DNA from: Eledone cirrhosa
Lineage: Eukaryota
Assembly (NCBI GenBank): GCA_964016885.1
Contig: OZ024741.1
Coordinates: 64,356,001 to 64,420,000, forward strand
Length of the DNA stretch: 64,000 nucleotides
Direction: 5' to 3'
This document shows positions 1 through 11,140 of the stretch, one piece after another. Below the pieces are notes generated by a model that saw only the letters and a list, made by a program, of their open reading frames with translations, did not search any database and was not told the DNA's origin. Made by a program: the position numbers and the translations under genes. Position 1 is the first letter of the stretch, and every line of letters begins with the position of its first letter.

Positions 1-65
1 AAACATGAAAAGACGATGAGGTGATCATGTGTGTGTAATAACTTCTGAGTGTTCTAAGCAGTCCG

Positions 66-149
<84 letters not shown>

Positions 150-156
150 CATATAT

Positions 157-352
157 ATATTTAATATAGAAAAGCTTCTACAGGACTAGAACTGTTTCAT
201 TCCGGTGAAATCACCAGCAAGTCCTGATGATTTCTCCGGAATGAAACAGTTCTAGTCCTGTAAAAGCCTTTCTATATTAAATATTTATACTCTGCTTTGT
301 ATTGAATACCTTACTTACTGTGGTTACCCCCGATTGAACTCGGGAAAAACTT
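157..352. mobile_element. Fold-back palindrome (~60-bp arms) with hammerhead-like core plus ~65-bp tail, inside (TA)n; probable Penelope-like element terminal fragment
   Basis: 157-217 is the near reverse complement of 224-284; contains CTGATGA-TTTCTCCGGAAT-GAAAC; (TA)n on both sides. Confidence 0.6.
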
Positions 353-488
353 ATATATATATATATATAGAAACGGCTTCTCCATGCTTTCCATTTGGAA
401 ACCATGTTTATTCCCTTTCAGAAACTAATTAGTTGGAGTGAAATTTTAGTAAGTAAGTTAATTTTTATAATTTTCTTATTTTACGTCA

Positions 489-562
<74 letters not shown>

Positions 563-564
<2 letters not shown>

Positions 565-761
565 AGGTGGCCCAAAAGTTACACAGGGTTTTAGTTTTCA
601 TTAACTTCCTGAATTGTACAGATTGATGTATGAATTTTGATACAACTTAAAGGACATAATGAAATTTATTTTGCACTCGTCTATCCTTGTCACATTACTT
701 ATGAAAAATTAAATGAAAAAATTATAAACAGTTGCGACCCCTGTGTGACTTCTGGGCCACC

Positions 762-764
<3 letters not shown>
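563..764. mobile_element. Tc1/mariner-type MITE (~200 bp)
   Basis: TIRs CAAGGTGGCCCAAAAGTTACACAGGG versus reverse complement CAGGGTGGCCCAGAAGTCACACAGGG; TA on both sides; no coding capacity. Confidence 0.85.
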
Positions 765-795
<31 letters not shown>

Positions 796-857
796 TGACA
801 TACACATACATACATACATACATACATACATACATACATACATACATACATACATAC

Positions 858-1582
858 CATCCTGGTACGTATACTCGGTTCCCACAGTGGTGCCTGGCTC
901 CATGCTCTGCCCTCCTTCTCCACTGGCACGCAGCTAGACAACCATAGCATGCGAATCGGCGTTTCCCTGAGGCTCGGCCTCCGGATCTGCCAGCCACACC
1001 AATGTCGCTGCGGTTCCACCGTGGACTTTTCGGCCTCCACCCGCTTTCCTGTCGCCACAGTGCCGGCCGCATTCCACGCCATACTGCCCTCAACGAGGTC
1101 ATTAAGCATGGCTTGGACGCTGCAGGCTTCCCTTCCCAGCTCGAGCCAGTAGGGCTGGATCGAGGGGACGGCAAAAGGCCAGATGGCATGACCATCTTCC
1201 CGTTCCGCGGTAGCAAACCCCTCGTCTGGGATGCCACTTGCACCGACACTTTCTGCAGCTGCAACCTGGTGCAGTCTGCGACTGACCCAGGTTCTGCTGC
1301 ACGTCGGGCTGAGGGGGCCAAACTCCTCAAATACCGGTCGCTCTCCGACAGGTTTGCGGTCGTTCCCCTGGCAGTGGAAACTTCTGGTGTCCTCGGCCCC
1401 AGGGCTACCTCCTTACTCACCACCATAGGCGCTGAGCTGGCCAGCCGTAGGTGTGAGCCCCGCGAGTTGGAGTGGCTTTTCCAGCGCGTCTCCCTTGCCG
1501 TCCTCCGGGGAAACGCCTTCTCCATTATGTCCGCCGGGGCTGTGGGTGGGCCCCATCGCGTACCATTACATTAGTTAAATAC
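858..1582 (+). mobile_element. 5'-truncated CRE-like RLE non-LTR retrotransposon (copy 1), zinc finger plus restriction-like endonuclease
   Basis: CRCG..HPLSC..RH, KRPDG, VWDATC, AEGAKLLKY and PLAVETSG motifs; one frameshift near 1025-1030; near-identical to 58368-59070 in inverted orientation. Confidence 0.8.
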
Positions 1583-2069
1583 AATATGGTATCTGTTGTC
1601 ATGTATGAAACTATTTTGCCAAGACGCTGCAAAGTAAAGCAATAACTGCCTCTATTTGATTACAATAAAACCTGCGCTTATATTGGTTTATGTAAAAACA
1701 GAAGCAAAGAAATCCATCTAGTCTGTTACTATTTTAATGGCGTAACATGCTCGAAATTTAGAGAATCTACCGATACTTGAGAATTTCTAATCAACATAGA
1801 GATAATTCAGTTATCGGAAATAATTCTTTGCTAAATTTGTATGTTATCCGAAATTTGTTATATACAAAATTGTTAAATTTGCCTTGCAGCAAATTAATTC
1901 ATTAAATTGTTGAAAGCTGTTATCCACAGTTATATTTTTTCTATTGCTAACTAATTTTCAAAATGTATACAATACATCAAATTCCTTTTATTCACGCCAT
2001 TCATATTATCAGAACTGTTAGAGTGCCAGGTTAAATGCCTCGGCATAATATGGTGACATTTCTGTCAAG

Positions 2070-2295
2070 TATAGTGACCAGCGGATAGTATCAGCAATGG
2101 GAAGACCAATGGAAACATGGTTTCCTTTATCCTATCAAACGGGTCTGTTCCTTTCTGGCTCTGTACTTTAAGAGTTCAAATCCTGTCTCTCGTCATCGGT
2201 AAAGCTGTGACAGCGACCGGCAGATAGTGTCACCAATAGAAAGACTAATGGAAGCATAGTTTCCTTAGTCCGATCTGATGAACTGTTCCTTTCTT
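2070..2295. repeat. Diverged direct duplication (~85-bp unit, ~140-bp spacing)
   Basis: GATAGTATCAGCAATGGGAAGACCAATGGAAACATGGTTTCC..CTGTTCCTTTCT recurs as GATAGTGTCACCAATAGAAAGACTAATGGAAGCATAGTTTCC..CTGTTCCTTTCT. Confidence 0.55.
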
Positions 2296-2604
2296 TTCAT
2301 ATCATATATTATTCAGCACAAAACACGATAACACCTCTTCAGATTATATATAACCATTTCGTGATAATATAATTGTTGCTATTATGATCTACCATACATT
2401 TATCATGGCAGACAACAATCTATTTATAGATGGCCTCAGGAAAGAAGACTGAGAATTACTGACTAAAACTGAAAGATTTTATACAGTTAAAGTAAAATGT
2501 GCTAGAGGAACTATTCAACGAAAAATAAAATAAATGTTGCAACAATCCGCTTTAAAACTTTAAACTCTACATTCCAATTTTTATCAATGTCCAGCCAACA
2601 CTTA

Positions 2605-3005
2605 CGTAGCATCCACTTTTCCTACCACAGGTTTCTTTCGTCTGAATATTGATTTCTAATTTAGGCACAAGGCCAGCAAATTTGAGATTAAATCAACCAA
2701 AGTATTTTACTGGTACATTATTTTATTGATCCCTGGGAGGATTAAAGACAAAGTTGGCCTCAGCTTGATTTAAACTCAGAAAGTAAAGATCAAAATAAAT
2801 ACTACAATAGTTACTACTTTAGGTACAAGGCCAGCAATTTGAAGAGGGGGTCGATTAAATTGACCCCAATGCATTACTGGTGCTTAATTTTATCGACCCC
2901 GTAAGGATGAAAGGCAAAGGTAACTTCGGCGGGATTTGAACTCAGAATAAATACTATAATGCCATTTTATTTTTGATGCTCTACTAATTCTACCAATCCA
3001 CCACC
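2605..3005 (-). mobile_element. Two tandem copies of the abundant tRNA-derived SINE
   Basis: Reverse strand shows B-box GAGTTCAAATCC, GCCTTTCATCCTTACGGGGTCGATAAA body and GCTGGCCTTGT(G/A)CCTAAA tail. Confidence 0.8.
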
Positions 3006-3078
3006 TCTTTCATCTGAATATTAACAACGGAGACTTCTAGTTACATAAATTCAAATCTCTCTTATCTAATTATCTAAC

Positions 3079-3290
3079 TTTTTGTCATGCATTGAGGACA
3101 TCTATCTCACGTCTGCTGTTTATACTGTTTGTCATGTATTGAGGATATCTATCTCATTTCTGCTGTCTATCAAGATTGTCATGTCTTAAGGACATCTGTT
3201 TCACATCGGCTGTCTGTAGAGTTTGTCATATCTTAAGGACAACTGTTTATACTGTTTGACATGTATTAAGAACAACTATCTAACATCGCC
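3079..3290. repeat. Minisatellite, ~47-bp unit, ~5 diverged copies
   Basis: Repeating TTTGTCATGYNTTRAGGACATCTRTYTCACNTCNGCTGTYTRT. Confidence 0.75.
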
Positions 3291-3429
3291 AACATTAATG
3301 GTGAAGAGATAAAATAAATTCTGGACTGTGATCTGCACCAGTTAGTTTCCTCGTCTACCCGTATCCCCTGATAGATATATCTACAATTCAAACTCTGTTA
3401 ACATAAAACCAACAAAAGAGCCACTACTT

Positions 3430-3615
3430 GGTTTCTCAATCTGATAGGAATTGCCACAAACTGTCCTTCAAATCAGATCCTAAAGTCTTAAACTAGAAAA
3501 CAGCATATTAGATAATGCAGTCCGACATACCTCTAAAACAGAATGATCACAGCTAGAACATTGTTGATCATAGGTCTATTTGATTCAAGTTCACCTCGGA
3601 TTAAATAACAATAAC
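3430..3615 (+). repeat. Dispersed ~200-bp repeat family (also ~29530-29730, ~47475-47600, partial ~60605-60690)
   Basis: Shared CCCTCAAATCA(C/G)ACCCTA..TTAA..GATAATGTAGTC..ATACACTATGTC motifs among copies. Confidence 0.55.
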
Positions 3616-3834
3616 ACTCAACTTTGTTCTTACCTCTAAACCCAATCGACTTTCTCAACCTCGCGTTGTTGGTCTATAAGTACTACTACTACTACTACTA
3701 CTGTAACGCTATCTGCTCCTTTGATTGACTAATATATATGGGGGTGTATCTATATATCGTAAGAGATTATGAAAGTGAAAAACAGACAGTCAGTCATACA
3801 AATTCAGAGAATGAAAGTAAATAAACTGATAGAT

Positions 3835-3867
<33 letters not shown>

Positions 3868-4084
3868 TATTTCTTTATTTACCATAAAGGCATAAAAAGA
3901 AGGGACAAATACAAAGGGGGAGTTTACATACAATCGAGTAAAAAGGGTATAAAATGAAAATAATCGAAAATAACCTCAAAGGGGAGGGGACGTGATGGGG
4001 GTTGCACACACCCCCGAAAAAGTGTGCAATCCCTTGCCCGGGGAGCACATGGAGAAGGTGCTCCGCTCTCCTTTACTTCTTTAC

Positions 4085-7000
4085 CTACAGGATGGTATAC
4101 AGAGAAGGCCCATTTACACGAGCCATTCTCGCCACTATCACCCACCTTTCATAAAACTGCCTGTGGCCAAGCACCTCTCTCTCCATTCTTATCCTTCTTC
4201 CGAAGTGATATCGGAAGAAGTAGACCAGACTATGGCCAGAGAGGAAGTTGCCTGACCTCAGACCTTTCAATCGTGTCCACCAAACAACCTCTTTCAACAT
4301 GGCTATTACGCACAGAAAAACCGCCTTTGCTTCCTTTGTGATGAGGGGAGGCGGTTTGATTGTCATCAAGGACTCGGCGGTCAATTGAATCGGCGCCACC
4401 CGCGACAGCAGTCGTTCGGCGTAGCCCCACAGGTCAGCCACGCCCGGACATTGCACCAATGCGTGCGCAACGGTTTCTTCGTGACGCACGCATCTAGGGC
4501 AAATCTTTTTTGAGGGATCCCTGCCCGGGCGCCCGTGTCTGTAGAGCCTCTCTCGAACGGGTAGAGCCCCCCCGGTAGCACTGCCAGGCCAGTGACTTCT
4601 GGAAGTTGTCCATTGGTCCTGGGCCGAAAGTCCTACCGAACAGGCTGGCCAGTTCGTCCTCTTCCATGTCCAGCGACTCTCCAAGGGTGTCATCGCCCCT
4701 GCTAGCCACCAGCCCTCTATAGAATGATGAGGTGGATTCTCCACCGACGGCCTGGCCCGCTTGCCAGAGAGCCCTGAGAGCCTGAGCACACTCAGTGTGC
4801 CAGTCTCCCAGTTTTCCGGATCTTTGCTTGACCCAGGACTGCAGCTCGGTGAGCGAGACGAGTCTCGGAAAGGCTCGTTTCACGAACGGAGCCCACACCG
4901 GTTGACCAGTGAGGAATACCTGTAGGTGCCGTAGCCTTAATGCGTGCCTACGCATCATCAACCACGGTTCAGTTTCGCTCCTGACAACCTTTCGTATTCC
5001 TCTAGTAAGGTACCGATCGATTCGATCTCCAAGTCGGTCGATACCATTACTGTTACGTCATCGGCGTAGGCCGACACCGCTTTGCTCAATCCTGGTTCCA
5101 GGGGGATACCCTGCAACAACTCCAACTTCCTCAGTAAAGGCTCGAGAGTCAATACGTACAGAAGGGAGGAGAGAGGGCACCCCTGTCGAATGGATCGTGT
5201 GATTTCGAACGGCTTCGAAAGGTAGCCGTTCACCTTGATCCTAGAACAGATGTGGTTGCTATGTAGGGCAGTGATCCAGCCTCTGAAAACAGGACCGAAC
5301 CCAGCCGCCGCTAGCACCGCATCCAGGTAACCATGGTCGACCCTATCGAAGGCCTTAGACTGATCCAAGTTGATCAGGGCCCCACCGAAGCCGGGTTTGT
5401 TGCCAACCCTCTCTATGATGTATCGCATGAGGTGGAGGTTGTCGTGAATGGACCTGGATGGGATAGCACATGTCTGCGCATCTCCCACTAGGCCACCCAC
5501 GACAAGCGCCAACCTCTTTGCTAACACCTTGGCCAAAATCTTTAACTCTGTATTTAGCAGGGTTATGGGCCGAAAATTATTTATACTATCCCCCTTGTTC
5601 TCGCCCTTCCTCACCAGCGAGACTACCCCTACAGAACAAGGAATTCTCCCGTTCTGCTGCCAATTGCAGTAGACTGCTTCGAGGAGTTCGGAGAAGAAGA
5701 CCGGCATTGCTAAATAAAGTTCGTAAGGTATACCATCGAGACCTGGAGATTTGCGTCTGCTGCATTGGCTCAGCGCATCCCCGATCTCATCAGCCGAGAT
5801 TAGTCCTCGCAGGACTCTGCCTCTTCGCTCGAGAGACGCGACAGGCCGTCGAGGTATGGACCGAAATCCACGTCCCCGTCCGGACCCTCGCCTCCCCCGA
5901 ACAATCGGGCAAAGTGCCTTTGAAAGGCCTCGCACATCTGCTTAGGCTCTCGGATCACCTGTCCATCCTCGTCTTGCAAAGACCGGATGGTGGATCGATT
6001 TCCACTCTTAGCTTCTGTCACGCGGGCCCAGCCAACGGCTTTGGGCCCCTCATTACCTAGAGCACTTATTTTACTTCGAATGACGCAGCCTTCGTGCTTT
6101 GCATCGAAAAACTGGCTCACGGTCATCCTCGATGCCAGCACTCTGGCCACATCTTCGCTCTTGATTGCCTCTTCTAATTTACCTGTTAATTCTTTCTCGT
6201 TCCTATTCCTATCGGCAGCTAACATCTTGCTATAACTTATTGATTCTGTTCTAATCTCTCTTTTGAGAGATGCCCACCATCGGTTGTTGACGATTGTACC
6301 CGTCAACCTCTCCTTAACTAATCTGCTAATCCGGGTTCTGTAAGCCTCTTTTGCCGGTAAAGACAAATTAAGTTTCCAGTAACCGGGACCCTGTCTATGT
6401 GTTCTCTCGAGGTTGACTACGCAGGTCACTAATTTGTGATCTGTATAGCCAACCGTGAGCATTTCTGGACAGCTTAATATGTCCCTATCCTTACTTCTAA
6501 CTAAGAATCTATGTAAGTACGATCTAGATTGACCACTGTGGTTCGTCCAAGTCCGGGTTGGCACAGTTGGAAAATCTAGTCGATATCTATCGACCAAGTT
6601 AAAACGGTCGAGTAACCCCTTGAGGCTGTTACACCCCCTCTATTAGGACATGCTCCTGCATAGTCCCAACGTGCATCTAGGATGTCATTCCAGTCCCCCG
6701 CTAGAAGCAGGGAACGTGACGTTCCCAGAAAAGTCTCCAGACGCTGGAAGAAGTCGGGTCGTTCAGCTCCGAATGGGGAGTAGACGGCTACCAGTCTCAA
6801 GGCCGCACCTCCACTACTGCCAACGTCTAGCACCAACAAACGACCCTCCGGGTCCGAGTGAACAACCTGTACGGCGAGACCCAGGTGTTTTTCCAGCAGT
6901 ACGACAACCCCACCCCCACCTCCAGGTTGACAGAGAGATGCGTGCACCTCAAAGTCATGGAAGGTAGGGGCCAACTGCCGCACGACGCTGATCTGAGTCT

Positions 7001-7115
7001 CACAGATAACCATTACATTTATACCACGTGACCTGAGGTCATTTAGAAGCTTTGCTTGCTTCCAAGTTGAGCCCAGGCCACGTGCATTCAAACATCCTAC
7101 TCTTAACACATCCAT
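4085..7115 (-). pseudogene. Tx1 ORF2 (APE, RT, CCHC), frameshifted, internal deletion near 4965
   Basis: NARGL, ICETQ, GDWN, TDH, GPGYWKLN, SPGLDG, NFRPITLLN, DQSKAFDRV, RQGCPLS, YADD, CPRC..ETVAHALVQC across ORFs 6576-7115, 5800-6597, 4958-5935, 4494-4961, 4085-4789. Confidence 0.92.
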
Positions 7116-8861
7116 GTGGGCGGCAAAGCCAAAGGAGAGTGTAGAGACCTACCTTTCTTCTTCCCGGGGTTCGGGTCGCACGACTTCCATGGGGCCGGGG
7201 GTGTTGGATGAAGGGGTGTCTTGTGGTGGTGTGGGGTCGTCAGTGTGTGGTGGGGTTGGGGTGTTTGGAGTTGTGGTGGGGAGGGGAAGGGGGGGGGGGG
7301 GCTTTTTAGGAGGACGCGGTTTATGGGTTTGACAGAGGGTGGTCCTACGTCCTCCTTAAAATCCTTTTTTAGTTTTTGGTAGAGGTTCATTGGGACCTTT
7401 ATTAATTTTAATTGTGGGTTGTTTTCTGAAAAAACAAAGTTTACCCCTTCGGTTTGTACCGAAGGGTTATTGTTTATGAGTTCATTTAATTTATTATTGT
7501 TTCTGTTGATGTAAGTATAGTGTAATGTCTTTTTTTCGGATGGTGTGAGTGTTTCGAAGAGGGGAGGGGCAGGTTTGGTTTTGTTTGTTGCTGGAGGGGT
7601 GTTTTGTGTTTTGTTGGATTGTGTTGACATTTGGGTAGGAGCTGTTTGGCCTTGTGTGTTTTGCACATGTTTTCTTTTTTTCCTTTTAATCTGTCTGAAG
7701 GACTCCGTTTCTTCCTCCGAATTCGTTGGGTTATCTTCAGTGTTGGAGGGAAGAGGTATGTTTACTGGTAGTGTTTCCGTGTTAGTTTTCTTTGTGGGGG
7801 AGATGGATGTCACTATGTTAGACTGTGTTGTTTGTTGTGGCTGCGGTGGTTGTGTTGTTTTATTGAGTGAGGGGTTGGGTGGGACTGTGTTTTGTTTTTG
7901 GGTAATGTGTTGTGTCTGTTTGTGCTGTGGTGGTGGTGTAGTTTTACTGAGGGACGGGTTGGGTGGGATTGAATTTTGTTGTTTGTTTATCTGTTGTGGT
8001 GGTGGTGGAGCTGGTGTTGGTAGCAAGGTTTTCTTCTTGTTGAGTTGGGGACAAGCCGCTTTCAGGTGCCCTCTGCCTGCACAGATATGACAGGACGGCC
8101 TTCTCCCCTCCACGCTAATGTTTATATACCCGTGGCCCTCTAATAGGATTCTGTCGGGTATTTTGGGCAATGCGTTCAGGCTTCATTTGCACTACAAGTT
8201 CTATACCTGTTCCACTGAACGCATTGCCTGTGGTTTTCCCAATGGAAATTACGTTGTCATTCGCTGGATCAATGAAGCCAGCTATGAGCCAGCAGTAGTC
8301 CATATCTGGCATCATCGCATCCAGCCATATGCGCTGAGTTCTTTTACCCATATAAGATGGATAAAAGGTAAAATTTGTCGAACGAATCGGCGACAAAGCA
8401 TATTTTTTCGCCGCCGATTCGTTCTTCATAATAATGGCCAGGCTTCCATACAGCCTGTCTCTTCTTATAAAAGTGGCTTCATTAAATACTTCTCTAAGTA
8501 CCGCTTTAATTTCTACTTGTGTTGGTTGTTGCGGCTTTTTTGAGATGTTGTTGATGGTGCGGAAAACGACCGTCCGACTTTCAATATCTTTGGTGAGTTC
8601 TTGGGGCATTTTTACCGACAAGTCTCCATTTTCCCCTTGAGTTATGAATTGTTTAGCGTTTTTTATTCTTTGTGCCACATCTGAAATATTTTCAGGTATG
8701 TACGTTAAAGATTTTTTTGTTGTGTGTGCAAATGAGATGTTATTGGTGTTGACTTTGTCGTCTGTTTTGCTTTCTGTTATGATGTTGTTGTTTTCAAATG
8801 TTATTTTTGTGTTTGTTGTTTCTTTGTTTGTGGTATTAATATTGTCATGCAATTCTTTCAA
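7103..8861 (-). pseudogene. Tx1 ORF1 (zinc-knuckle nucleic-acid-binding protein), one frameshift near 8170
   Basis: CHICAGRGHLKAAC (CX2CX4HX4C), Pro/Gln/Thr-rich tail; homologous to ORF1 of copies C, E and H. Confidence 0.85.
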
Positions 8862-9290
8862 ATTTTTTTTGTTGTTGGAATCAATGTCCAGATTTGTGTT
8901 TTCGTCGACATTTTTCTCCGCACATTCGTCTGTTTTTATTTTATTTTTTCTTTCCTTCTCTATGACGTTAGTTGGGAAGGAAGGGGGACTAAAGCGTGCG
9001 AGCTTACAACTCTTACCACTGTCCCCCCACCACTATTTTCGTTAGCTTCATTTAACATTTCTCCCAGACGATTGAAATTTTATGCAACAAAATTTTTTTT
9101 AAAACAGGTTTTTCACCCCTGGGAGGGGGGGAAATGAGCTGACCCACCGCCTGACAGTTCAGACGGGGGGTCAAGCTACACAATAGTAACAAAATTAAAA
9201 TTAAACTTACAAAATTTCAAAATAAATTGGAACAAAACTTCTGCGCGAAGTGAATTACGTCTACGCTATCGAACAGACGACGATAGACAG

Positions 9291-9402
<112 letters not shown>

Positions 9403-11033
9403 TGTTTCTTTTATTTGCCACCAGGGCATCAAAAGTGGGACAAGTACAATGGGGGGAGTTTACAAAACAAGGCGTCCTCAATAAAGAGGAGGCAATAACA
9501 ATATATAAAATAAAATAAAATATAACAAAAAATAAAATTTATAACAAAGTCCTCAATAGAGAGGAGGCGCCTTGGGGGGTCGCACACACCTCCGAAAAAA
9601 GTGTGCAACCCTTCTCCTCAGGAGCACAGAGAAGGGGTGCTCCCTTGGTCTTTCATCTTCCTCACCTATAGTCTGATGTAGAGTGAAGGCCCATTCACAC
9701 GGGCCATTCTCGCCACTTTCACCCATCTTTCATAGAAACGGCTGGGGTGCAGCACCTCTCTCTCCATCCTGATCCTTCTTCCGAAATGATATCGGAAGAA
9801 ACGGACCAGTTGTTGGCCAGAGAGAAAGGTGTCTGACCTCAGACCTTTCAGACGCGTCCACCATACAACCTCTTTCGCCATGGCTATTACGCACAGAAAC
9901 ACCGCCTCTCCTTCGTTTTTGAAGAGGGGAGGCGGCTTGATCGTTACAATAGACTCGGTGGTCAACCGGATCGGTCCCACCCTTGACAGCAGTTGTTCGA
10001 CATAGCCCCACAGATCGGCAATGCCCGAGCAGTGTACCAATGCGTGTGCAACGGTTTCCTCGTCGCACACGCATCTGGGACAGATCTTTTTCGATGGGTC
10101 CCTACCCGGGCGCCCGTGTCTGTAGAGCATTTCTCGAACGGGCAGAGCCCTTCTGTAGCATTGCCAGGCCAGGGACCTCTGGAAGTTATCCATGGGTCCC
10201 GGGCTGAATGTCCTACCGAACAGGTTGGCCAGTTCGTCTTCCTCCATGCCTAGGGCTTCTCCGAGGGTGTCGTCGCACCTGCTAACCACCAGCCCTCTAT
10301 AGAATGACGAGGTGGATTCTCCACTGACAGCCGGGTCCGCCTGCCAGAGAGCCGTGAGCGCCTGGGCACACTCGGTGTGCCAGGCGCCCAGTTTTCTCGG
10401 TCTTTGCTTGACCCAGGATTGCAGCTCGATGAGTGAGACGAGTCTGGGAAAGGCTCGCCTCACAAACGGGGCCCACACCGGTTGACCGGAGAGGAATACC
10501 TGAAGGTGCCGTAGCCTTAATGCGTGTTTACGTATCATTAGCCACGGCATCCCCAGCCCTCCTTTCGAAGAGTGTTGACAGCAGACAGATCTCCTCACCA
10601 TAGGAGCCCGCTTCTTCCAAAGGAATTAGGAGAGTGCGCGCTCCATTTTGGCGAGCGTTTCCCTTGGGCAAGGCACAACGGTCAGGCGGTAGTAGATGAC
10701 GGACGCTATATAAGTGTTCGCCACCTCCGCCCGACCTTTCAGGGACAGTTTGCACTCGGCCCACTTCTGGGTCAGTGCAAACACCCTGTTCGTCACCTCA
10801 CCCCAGTTCTTCTCCACCTGGAGGTCTGGTCCGAACCAGACCCCGAGCAACTTCACCGGGCCCTCCGTCCAGCTCCCGACGACGCCATCGGAGGGCATCG
10901 ATCTGCCCCTCCACGTGCCGAGTTGCAGACCGATCGACTTGTCCCGGTTCAGCTTAGCCCCTGTAAACCTTTCGTACTCCTCCAGTAAGGTGCCGATCGC
11001 CCCGATTTCCGAGGCCGTCGACACCATTACTGT
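9403..11033 (-). mobile_element. Tx1 LINE copy B, 5'-truncated inside RT
   Basis: ORF2 C-terminal part (9666-11027) plus 3' UTR; long (GATA)n on both sides; visually near-identical to copy F. Confidence 0.92.
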
Positions 11034-11124
<91 letters not shown>

Positions 11125-11140
11125 GCAGACAGACAGATAG

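Larger units (their letters stand above)
3867..9290 (-). mobile_element. Tx1/L1-clade LINE copy A, near full length, degenerate, (GATA)n on both sides
   Basis: ORF1 and ORF2 remnants; 3' end AATAAAGAAATATA-(TCTA)n; 5' end abuts (TCTA)n at 9291-9402. Confidence 0.92.

Noticed and set aside
395-604. Many ORFs with YIYI, MYVC, HTHT, LSIY, ERER or poly-E/F runs throughout the window
   Set aside because: They are translations of microsatellites that lack stop codons, not genes
722-1525. 267-aa ORF (and 58423-59019) antisense to the CRE-like element, plus many antisense ORFs over Tx1 copies
   Set aside because: Shadow frames of GC-rich coding sequence with no recognisable motifs
3079-3290. Regularly spaced repeats resembling a CRISPR array
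   Set aside because: Whole units are homologous with no unique spacers, no cas genes and a eukaryotic context
4950-4975. Several-hundred-bp gap in copy A ORF2 as a possible intron
   Set aside because: No GT-AG boundaries; the junction shows CGG microhomology and is unique to this copy
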